DNA of 63,127 nucleotides, the filler included, from Reticulomyxa filosa (lineage: Eukaryota > Protista > Foraminifera): NCBI GenBank assembly GCA_000512085.1. It is 24 parts of 24 records of this genome, joined end to end, with 100 filler letters (N's around TTAATTAATTAA, not from the genome) between each part and the next. Parts side by side here need not be neighbours in the genome. Positions count along the whole stretch, not along the records: positions 53,111 to 55,829 come from ASPP01046276.1; positions 55,930 to 58,156 come from ASPP01029432.1; positions 58,257 to 60,341 come from ASPP01047368.1; positions 60,442 to 61,504 come from ASPP01036526.1; positions 61,605 to 63,127 come from ASPP01024566.1; 19 more parts are not named here. One strand, written 5' to 3'. Below, one piece after another: positions 53,011-63,127 of the stretch (position 1 is its first letter; each line of letters starts with the position of its first letter). The notes under the pieces are model-generated. The model searched no databases. It had not been told where the DNA came from and worked only from the letters and a program-made list of their open reading frames with translations. The position numbers and the translations under genes were made by a program.

Positions 53011-56000
53011 NNNNNNNNNNNNNNNNNNNNNNNNNNNNNNNNNNNNNNNNNNNNTTAATTAATTAANNNNNNNNNNNNNNNNNNNNNNNNNNNNNNNNNN
53101 NNNNNNNNNNAAAAACGACAAAAAATAAATTAATTTAAATTATTGAAGAAAAAAAGACAAAAAATGATTAATGCTTTTAACTTTAATCTTCTTTCAAAGC
53201 ATTCTAATCAATAGAGCAAATCATTTCCTTCCAATTTTACTTGATGACGATAACCATAGATTTTTTTACATTAAAAAAGACAATCCAGCTATCAATCAAA
53301 TTGCAATAATATTTTCTACCAAATCAAACACGAAAAGTTATAACAATTGTTTTTTGAAAATGTTTCCATGTACCTTTGATGTGTCCATATCGGGAGATCA
53401 CATACAACATAATCATAAATACACGTAAAAGGCGGTAACGGACATTTGATCAAATTATGCACGTTGATGAACTGGAGCACATTGAACGATAGTAATGTAT
53501 GCTAATCCAAGTGTTATTGTGTGACTGCAAGTACATGATAATTTTCATTGTCACTTGTGTTTCGTTTTATAAATATCATCCATAGCCACTCATAGTCTCC
53601 ATAAAACGAATATCAACACTTTTAATGGATTTATTGTGTCGGCTCTCTTTCGTTCACATTATCTCCTCCCTTCTCTTGGTATGTTCAAATTTCTTGCGCG
53701 ATTCATTACTAGTGTCATATTTTAAAAAATAATCCACTAATACTATTGTTTCTTTCTTTTTCTTTTTCCCTTCCCTTAATCTACTCTTTCTTGTTCTTCT
53801 TTCTCTTCCATTCCTATTTCTTTCATTCCAAACCTAAGACAAACCATTCAACGGTGAAGTAATACATGTCCACATTGCTTTGATTAAAACACATCACAAC
53901 AATTGAAAATATGAAAAAAGTAGCACATACCTTCAAATAAAGCTGTCTTTCCTTGCGTTTGGTTGGTGCTTGCCATTTTGAATACCTTTTTTTTCCGTTG
54001 TTCTGATTTTGGTGATATGCGTTCTCTATTTTGAATTCGAGCAATGGCAGGATTGCATGCCACGATGGAATTCTCCACAGAATATGCGCTTACTTCTGGT
54101 CTTTCGCATTTACATTCATCACACAACTCTAATATATTTCCTTTTTCCTCAATTGTATTTGTTATATTGATTGATTTGTGAACTTACACAAACAATCCAC
54201 TTTTGAGCTGTGGTTGCGACAGATCAAGAAAACACCAAAAGTTGGGGCAACGATACAATTGCGCTGCATTCTGCCAATGGATTAGATTCGTGCTGTCTTT
54301 GTTATGCTTGTGACTCGTTATACGATCTATATTTTAAGATTGGCGATGTAATTGTGAATTGCTCTTGGATACCAATTGATCAATTCGTGGAGCCGACACA
54401 TTGCTAAACATGGCCTGATTCAATTGTTTGCTGGTCCGTATGAATAAGTTGATTGGCCATGTTCAATATTTAACCGTCGGCAGCAATATGATTTGGAGAA
54501 GAAGCAATTTGAACAGCTCTGTTATTGGAGGAGCTCAGGTATCTCATAAAAAATGCCAATACCATCTGCTACCGATGATAGAACAGCCAATGCTTCCAAT
54601 TCACTATTCAAATCTTGAGGATTCAGCTAATGCACAAACAGCAATGGATATGTCTTATATGCTGACTCTGTTTTGGCGGAAAAATTGTTAATAATCACCA
54701 CGCTTTCACTTGAACAAAACTATTTGTTGTTTCAAGCCTAAGTATATAGAAATAACATCAATTGGAGATTATTGAAGAAAGAGTGAGTCACTTACTTTAG
54801 CAAATACTTGTTTCGAGTTTATTTTTATTGGCCGATCTCTAGATAATTTTGGACCAATGTAATTTGATAGTGCTGCTGTTTTTACTGATGATTCTTTTTT
54901 TTTAATCGATGTTGGTTCCAGGAAAATCTTGTATATTGCACATCGTTCGAAAAGCACATTGTTTGTGTTTTGAAATTCGGTCAAATGAAATTGCAAGTAT
55001 ATCCATAGAAGTTACATTCAAATAATGATACGTGTGTATTCCTATATACTAATATATTCCATGTGTTGACGGCAGCGATCAAGTGGGAGACAATGAAACA
55101 GCAGCTAGATTAAATTCATATAATAAAAAAGGTGACGTTATTTGTTGCATTGTGTCCGTCTTTTATGTTGTTCACTTCTTGCCAGAGTCCACTTCAATAT
55201 CTTCGCCACATTGACCTATATAAATAGAAATATTATATCGCTGCAATCATGTTCTTTACCAAAAAAGAATTCGGCACAATCAAGGTTGTTCATTTTCTCA
55301 TCGTTTCTCCATGTTCTCGTGATTTGTTGCTGTTGCTAATTCATTTCTATAAGTTATACATATATTTTCAGATTTAATTTTTTTTAACAAACACACAAAG
55401 GAAAAAACTTAACTATCCCGAGCGGGATATCAATATTAAAATAAAAAAATAATTTAAATCATAATTTTTCTTTTCAAAAAGTTTGTTTTTTTTCTTTTTC
55501 TTTTTTCCTTTTTTCTTTTTTATTATATCTTTTTTTTCTTTTTCCTTTTTTCTTTTTTTCCACATTTTTCCTTTTTCCTTTTGTTATACCTTTTTTTTCT
55601 TTTTTCCTTTTTTCTTTTTCAATATCCCTTTTTATTATTCCATTTTTTTTTTATTAGTACTTTTTTTTTCTTCACCTTTTTTTTCTTTTTATTATTATTA
55701 TTTTTTCCCCCTATTATTCAATTTCCAATACTTTTTCTCCAATCCCCCTTGAAAATAAATACCTATTCATTGTGCGCTGGACCTATATGCAAACATACAA
55801 ACAAAGTTATGTTTTATAATTTTTTATATNNNNNNNNNNNNNNNNNNNNNNNNNNNNNNNNNNNNNNNNNNNNTTAATTAATTAANNNNNNNNNNNNNNN
55901 NNNNNNNNNNNNNNNNNNNNNNNNNNNNNAATTAATATTTGCAAAAAAAGTTAAACTACTTAAAAATTCAGCAACATTATCAACATAGATCTTTTTGTTC

Positions 56001-58399
56001 TATTTTGACAAAGAAGTAAATATATCAATGCTATTTCTTTGTATATAAAGTGTAACAATTTCAAGTATAAGAGAAAAGAATTGAATTTATTCTTCTTTTT
56101 AACAAGAGCATTCTTTCCAAGTTATTTATTAAAAGAATACTGTCAGCTTCATCAAATTTTCAGAAAAAAATTTTTGCAATGATTTCCAATAAACAAAGGA
56201 GATGAAGATTAAGGTTATTATTTCTTTCTTTAATGTTAAATTTTTATTTTGATATTTTAATTATCAAACTAATATTCACATTATCTGACAAAGGATGTTG
56301 TTTTTGTAATTAAATTGCAAATAATGAAGCGGAATTGCGGTGGAATTACAGTGTAATAAACATGAAAATGTAGAACAAGTTTATTGGGTATGAAAAGAAT
56401 GTCTACAAATGTATTTGAAGAAAAACAATGCTTTTTATATGATACTTTGAGTGCTTTCTGTCACTTGACAAAATGGTCATTTAGTGTAAATAATTTTCAC
56501 TGCTAAAATAATTGACACATTACTGTGAACTAAAATATCTTAAACTCATCTGAGTTTTTTTTAAGTTGAAAAAGGGATAAAAAGTTTGTTATCAAATTGA
56601 TATAAGTGGAGAATCAGATCTTTTTGCCTCTCACTTGAAGAAAAAATGTTTTGGGGATAAAACCAAAGTGTATTTGTTGCACTTTCGTGAATGAAGTTCG
56701 ATTGACACAAAGTGTCTTGTGAGGCAGATATGTAACACCAAATAATTGGTTTTTTTGATGAAAAAAGTCGCCCCAGACTGAGATTTGTTATGGAGCATTT
56801 GATTAGTACTGAATTGATATTTTTTGTTGTAGAGTTTTTTTAATTATATTATCTCTGAAATATTTGTGTTTTTGCTTGATATAATAGCAAAATTTGAGAA
56901 TAATATTGCGAAAAGGTTCAATTCGAATTTGAAGTTTTTAACATTGTGTTGCGTTTTTTTTTTTGTGTAGTTGTGTTTATTGGGATTTTAAAGTGAATTT
57001 GTTTGATAAAAACAATCGACATTGATTGATGTCAAATTGTTTTTACTTTATAACCAATTTCCTTAATGAGTAATTTACTTTACAAGAAGTAATATATTCC
57101 TTTTGTAGTATTGTAATAAACAACTAAACAACTCGAAATGAGTATACGTTTTTTTCTTGGTCTATACATTTCTTTTTGTTTCCCCTTTTTTTTTTACAAA
57201 ATTCATGGAAACATCGCATTATATTTTGGATAACTCCAGGTTGAAAAATAAATTTATAATAAAGACTAATTAACAGTTTAGAGGTTATAATGTTTGAAGT
57301 TATTATTCATTAGAAACATTTGTGTGTTTTTTTGCGTTACGTTATTTTTGTTTATTTGTTTCAAATTTGCAATATCTGAATCTGTTCAATTACATTACAT
57401 TGCTGTGCAGAAACACTTCCTTAGAGATTTACAAACAACAATTGCACAATTATACATGACAAAAACAGAACAATTCTTTGATAAACACTCAAAAATTTTA
57501 GAATATTAAATTGGTTAAAATGAATTTTAATTTGTGGAAGAATTGACTCATCATTTTGACTTTATTACAAAAGCGTTAAATATTTAACTTATTCAAGTTG
57601 CAGATATCATAAATCTCTTTTAATTTTCTTGATTATATTTTCTCAAAAGAAGATCTAACTAAAAAATGTATTTCTTGAAATTCTTCGAGAAAGAATATAA
57701 TGAGGGTAGATATTATCAAATGCAATTGTTTATTTCTTTGTTCGATTACATTGTGATTAACATATGACTTACTCTGTGCAAATAATTACGTTTTGATCAA
57801 AAAAAGTGCATTCGTACAATCAATCAAAGATGAAAACAATTTATTCAATAATATTGATTTTATTTTTATGCTATTCAGTTCATTGTTTTGCTTATTTACT
57901 TTGTTAAACAAATCTGACTTGTATACATATATTGACAAAGAAACATGCACAAACTTAACAAAATCAATACCAGAGAATACAAGCAGTATACAATGCAAAT
58001 GATAATTTTCATTAAAAACAATCTTATCACAAAAAAAAATTTTAGTTCTAATGCTTTTGAATCAACTTGACTTGTTTGTCATTAGACAAAAAAAAAGCAA
58101 AAAAATCAATGATAAGTAAAGACAAAGCAAACAGTAGTCAAAAACTACTTTTTCTCNNNNNNNNNNNNNNNNNNNNNNNNNNNNNNNNNNNNNNNNNNNN
58201 TTAATTAATTAANNNNNNNNNNNNNNNNNNNNNNNNNNNNNNNNNNNNNNNNNNNNATTCAAAAGAGTATTAATTTTCAAAAATAAATAATAAAAAGCAT
58301 CATCACTTGAACTGTAAAATTCATTTAGCATTTTAACTTGCACTAATAGCTATTCACGAAAAGCGCATATTTAACATTAAAAAAATATAAACTAGTACG

Positions 58400-60341
58400 T
58401 TTACCAAAAGAAAAGAATGAAGTCACAAAAGATTCAGTAAGAGATAAAAAGAAATTTTTTGGTTTTACATGGAAATTGTTTGTACAGCGTTTGGCGCCAT
58501 GATCATGTCGCTTTCGCTGGGCAGGGAGATATGTTTGGGCTGGTAAGAGTTGGAAAGGGGACTGGCGATTTAGAGAATGAGACGGAGACAGAAGATGAGC
58601 CGAAGTTGAAGTGAAGCAGAGCTGTTGGAATTGCTTAGACTACTCATAAGTAGACGATTCGCCAATATATTCTGTTGTCGATGAGATTTGATTGTAGTAA
58701 GAGTTAAGTCATATCTTCGTCGTCATCATCATTTTCACTAGTCGAAAACAGGTTGGACGAAGCCCTTGGAGTCGACTAATGGTAATTGTGTCAGTCTGCG
58801 ATTGCCCATTGTCGCGTCCATCTTCATTAAGGGACCTTGGCAAAGTCGACATGCTCGACGATGCATAGCTCTCGCCGGCAATATGATACACATAGTTCCT
58901 GTTCACTTGCATTCACACTTTCGACTTTTCATCACTAACTCGTATTTGTATCACCATGATCGCTTGTTTGTCTAATTCAATCATATTGTTGCGATAAAGA
59001 TTGATGAAACACGTTGTAAATTGCGTAAACATCCAATATTTATGCGCTGGCGTTACGTGTGGTACGACGTTCGCATGTCTCGTCCTGCTGCCAAACGTGC
59101 TTGCTCTTGCTTGATCCTTCGATTTTGATGTTAACACTTCAATACCAATCTCTTCCACTCCGCTTGTACGATCGGATTAATTGAAACGGATTGAACTCTC
59201 CATAATTGCAAGTCAACTGCATCACAAGTTATAAGCAACACATTGAGATTAGCAGAATTGAGTTAGTCCAAAAGAAAGAAAACAATAAAACCAATAACTG
59301 GAAAGAAGAACAGTGCTTATGCACGAATCAACGATGTAAACGATTGCACCATCAACGGTTGCGTTTTTCTGGTGCCTAAAGGAGGAGAATATCATTGCGT
59401 TGGTGATTTCCCTAACGTGTTGTTATTACTGCTAATATTAATACCATTCGCATTAGTATTGACATTAATGTTAGCATTAGAATTAATGGTAGTATTCGTA
59501 TTGTTGTTATTTGCCGTGTTTTTTTAAGGCGTCTTTGTTTCAATTGAGCTTGGCAGAACGTTCACTTTCTTGCTTGTAGTGTTCTGCAACATAGTCGATC
59601 TCATCTGTCCACAGAGACTCCACATTCAACGCTTAGCTGTTGTGTTCCGTTGTTTTGTCCTCACTGTTCGTCTTCTCTTCATTGTTCCGATTTCGAATAT
59701 CACGAACAAACAAACTCAACTTTTTTTGTTTGTTTGTATTTTAAATTTCTTTTCTCTTGTTTTTTTTTGTTTTTTTAAATTGAATAAAATTTGCTGTTGT
59801 AAGTAACCATTGATCAGAGTACTGGTCGCTTGATCGATTTGTAATTTTGCTATTGGACTTTTTTTTTAGTGTTACTGCTGTTTGCCACTTTTTTTGAGAT
59901 GGAATTAGAATTGGATTTGGCTGTGCCAATTGCAGTCGTCTTGGTCAGAGATGAAGTTGAAGCTGATACAAGGACAGTGGCTGAAGTCGAAATAGGAGAA
60001 AAAACTGGATGTTTGTCTTCAAATCCGATTCCAGCACATTATGTAGATGTGCGGATATATGTGTTGTTGACGCGGACGTGAGCGCATGTACGTATATTTT
60101 AATGTGCGTTTTCTCCAATTTGGACTTGGTGAGAGCGCTATTTTCTGTGGCGGTGCCATCTTTGTTTGGTATCACTGGAAAGCTTTGTTGATTGGTCAAT
60201 GATATCGTCAATGTATTGTGTGTAGTCAATAAGCAATAAGTTCTATTTATAATTATATATGCATATATATGTATATATATACACGTATACACAATCATTT
60301 TCTTTTTTTAACATGTCATCCATTAATCGTTGTTGCTCTGG
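58400..60341 (-). CDS. Ser/Asn/Thr-rich low-complexity hypothetical protein (multi-exon, frameshifted)
   Basis: Successive protein-like minus-strand frames between intron-like AT tracts. Confidence 0.35.
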
Positions 60342-62084
60342 NNNNNNNNNNNNNNNNNNNNNNNNNNNNNNNNNNNNNNNNNNNNTTAATTAATTAANNN
60401 NNNNNNNNNNNNNNNNNNNNNNNNNNNNNNNNNNNNNNNNNACCCTTATTTTAGTTTTATGATATCATTGTTCAGTATTAATTTTGGTGTATATTGTCAC
60501 AACAAAGATCATTTGACATGACAGAAAGTGTTTGAATTGAAAAAAACTTTCACATTTCTCTGGGTTATACTTCATGAGACTATTACTGACACAGTTTGAA
60601 TTAATAAAATCCATTTCTAAAATACTATTCTTTTGTACAATTTTTGTACGTGATTACAAAAAAACTAATCTATCGATGGATATTGTCCTGATTGGAATTC
60701 TATTGATGGATAGTGGATTATATTTATTTTCATATGTGAGCAAGAAATGAAACTAAATGTTTGCCCACGCCAAGCCTAGGACAAAAAATAATAACACTAG
60801 AAAATTTTTATGAAGTTTGTGGAAATGGAGCAATTAGTAGATTAAATATATTAAATCACCAAATTGCAAAAAACTTGAGCTTACTAATGGATCATATTTT
60901 CTTTTTTGTTGGAGGTTCAGCTTCAACATTTTCAGCTTCTTTTTCTTCATTACTTTCAGCAACTTTTTCATCTTTATTTTCGCAGTCTCCATCACAATTA
61001 GCACTTTTTCATGATTCCTCAAATTCTTCATTTTCATAGATAAGAGGAACATTATATTTTTGTTTCTCAACTGGCCAATCTAATACTTATGTAGGTGTCA
61101 CTAGAGATTCACCATCCACTATCATTTTGGCATGTATTACATGCCCGAGTTCGATATTGCATGTCAATGCCACTGCTATTTATTTTCCGTTTTGATTTTT
61201 ATTTTTCTATCTTGTTTTTTAATCAAAGTTTTCGCCAAAAAAAAAATATATCAAACATGATTTGAATGTCCCTGGCATCCACATAAATAATATTATTTCA
61301 TTTGATCACCTGTGACAGATTTGTTACCACAATGTCAACTTGAAAACAAACAAAAAAATAAAACAAAGAAAAGAAGGATTTATAGAGTGTTGGCTTAAAA
61401 TGAAGCCATACAGCTAAAGTTTTTAGAGTAGAGGATACACACAAGATGACGGGAAACATGAAAAGTTTCTATATTGCCGAAATGCGGCTAACACCTTTTT
61501 TTTTNNNNNNNNNNNNNNNNNNNNNNNNNNNNNNNNNNNNNNNNNNNNTTAATTAATTAANNNNNNNNNNNNNNNNNNNNNNNNNNNNNNNNNNNNNNNN
61601 NNNNTTTACGCGGCCGACGTGAACATGACAATGAGTATATTAGACATAACGATGAATTTGTTATTTTTATTACCATCGTTTATCTTTTTGTTGAAGTATT
61701 TGTGCTTGCACTCGGTGCTGAAACATATATCTCCTGTCTTGCAACTCCTATGGACCGGGTAACGAACAATCTTCTAATCAACTCGCGAGTTGTTGTTGCA
61801 ATCAATGTAACCAATTGTACTTGTGGAATAAAAAAGGGGCTGTTGTCATTCGAGTACTTGCATGTTATTATTTGCTTATTATATACCTACCTATTCATAT
61901 ACATTTATTTATATATACACATATATACGTATTGTTGTATTGAACTCTACATAGCACGCTTTGTCATTCGTCAAATGTATACCCAACATAATCATGAGTG
62001 TTGGAAGTGTACCTTGGACGAAAAAAAGGGGGGGGGGAGAGGATGAATATCAAACAAAAAACAGAACACTATAAAAAAAAAAAA

Positions 62085-62400
62085 TTGTACCACAGAAAAT
62101 GAACTTGACAGTAATTGCCCTCCCACATATTCACCTACCAAAGCTCCTACTCCAACACGATATCCAATAAGACATCTGACCAAGCATCTGACCAAGCATT
62201 CTACCAAACCTCCGACCACAGTGCCGACCTTTATACCCACTCCATCCCCTACACTGCAACCGAAGCTCTATACCAACGAATTTGTGATGAAGATAACCGT
62301 CGACAAGGTGTTAGCGGATGTGATGTATCAGGCCTATTGGCGACTGACACTATTGCAAGCCTCGATTAAAACGTTTAAACTGACCCCGGCCAAGGCAACG
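62085..62400 (+). CDS. Pro/Thr-repeat (mucin-like stalk) exon fragment
   Basis: PPTYSPTKAPTPTRYP...PPTTVPTFIPTPSPTLQP. Confidence 0.5.
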
Positions 62401-62429
62401 CCATTTTTTTTTTTTGATGCAATTCAATT

Positions 62430-63127
62430 ATATCATCATTGTCAGCTATGAAATTGAAGAACAGAGCGACTTGGAAATGATTGTCCGACACTTTATCTTG
62501 CGCAAGATCAATCCACAAGAGACAAGCATCTGCAGTCAGATTGTCACCTTTTACTTGTATGTCCATGGCAAGAAAAAACAATGGCTGAGCAGCAATGGGA
62601 AAATAAAGAGATCCATTTCAATATGCGGTCGTTGATACGTGCCTTGGAATATGTGTGCAAAAATCATAAGCGCTACTCGCTGCTACGAGCCTTGTACGAA
62701 GGCTTTGTCATGGTGTTTGTCACGCCGTTGCGCGCGTAGAAAGCAAAGCGGAAATGTAACAACTTGTCAAAAACGATGATCTTGTCCAGCAAAGACAAAC
62801 GCCAATTGAAAGAAAAAGAATATAACTTGCATTTTACCCCGTCCTTGACCGATGAGGAACAACGTCTGTATCGAATCGAGCAAACATTTGTCTTGAAGTT
62901 GGGCACGGCTTCGAAGGACAACCAAGCCTTTGTTCAGCACTTCATTCGCACCAAAACCATGGGGAAAAAACGCTTAAAAGACCTATGCCGTGTGGTCGGA
63001 CAGTGGCAAAAACTATCCCGTGCTATTGGAAGGTCCCTACGTCCAGCGGAAAGACCTCGCTCGTCGAACACAAATGCGTGCTCATCAACAATCATGATCA
63101 CACCGATATGGACGAGTATATCGGATG
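62430..63127 (+). pseudogene. MDN1: Midasin AAA-ring fragment (disabled)
   Basis: SDLEMIV..IVTFYL..HFNMRSLIRAL..LYEGFVMVFVT.. YPVLLEG..GKTSLVE HKCVLINNHDHTDMDEYIG; contains a stop, frameshifts and an apparent deletion between LVE and HK. Confidence 0.82.

Noticed and set aside
55483-55877. Phe-rich membrane protein ORFs (also 47837-48202)
   Set aside because: Low-complexity T-rich contig-end sequence
53111-58156. Genes in these two AT-rich contigs
   Set aside because: Only short stop-riddled frames; no family could be supported
6419-61604. Regularly recurring TTAATTAATTAA palindrome as a CRISPR-like or regulatory repeat
   Set aside because: Always embedded in exactly 44 N on each side, so it is a concatenation linker
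1-63127. Treating RNF213-like, GTPase, WWE and WD40 genes as a physical defence island
   Set aside because: They sit on different unlinked contigs; only a genome-level theme can be suggested

Overview
This window is not one locus. It is about 24 short, unlinked contigs joined by an artificial 100-nt linker (44 N + TTAATTAATTAA + 44 N), so neighbourhood across linkers means nothing. Nearly all contigs are AT-rich, intron-rich protist DNA. The WD40 family with an 'IVENWIR..KLGWIDEF' leader, the homopolymer-rich introns and the many pseudogene relics look like a foraminiferan such as Reticulomyxa (inference). One contig (26242-27759) is GC-rich alphaproteobacterial-like DNA. Recognisable genes: CapZ-beta, a WD40 propeller protein, a 7TM protein, a G-alpha fragment, MTG1/RbgA, FEN1, an LSD1-like amine oxidase, WWE, PH and RanBP2-finger proteins, a histidine phosphatase, a midasin pseudogene and LINE relics. 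Most interesting: (i) a >2,100-aa protein with two PB1-like modules, a TRAFAC/AIG1-like GTPase and a long helical body; (ii) a decayed RNF213/mysterin-like AAA+ gene, which with (i) hints at a protist cell-autonomous defence repertoire; (iii) unusual fusions (dDENN-ENTH, LSD1-ePHD, RanBP2 finger on a dehydrogenase lacking catalytic zinc ligands); (iv) many introns with a poly(A) rather than a polypyrimidine tract before the acceptor. All assignments come from motif recognition by eye; no searches were run.
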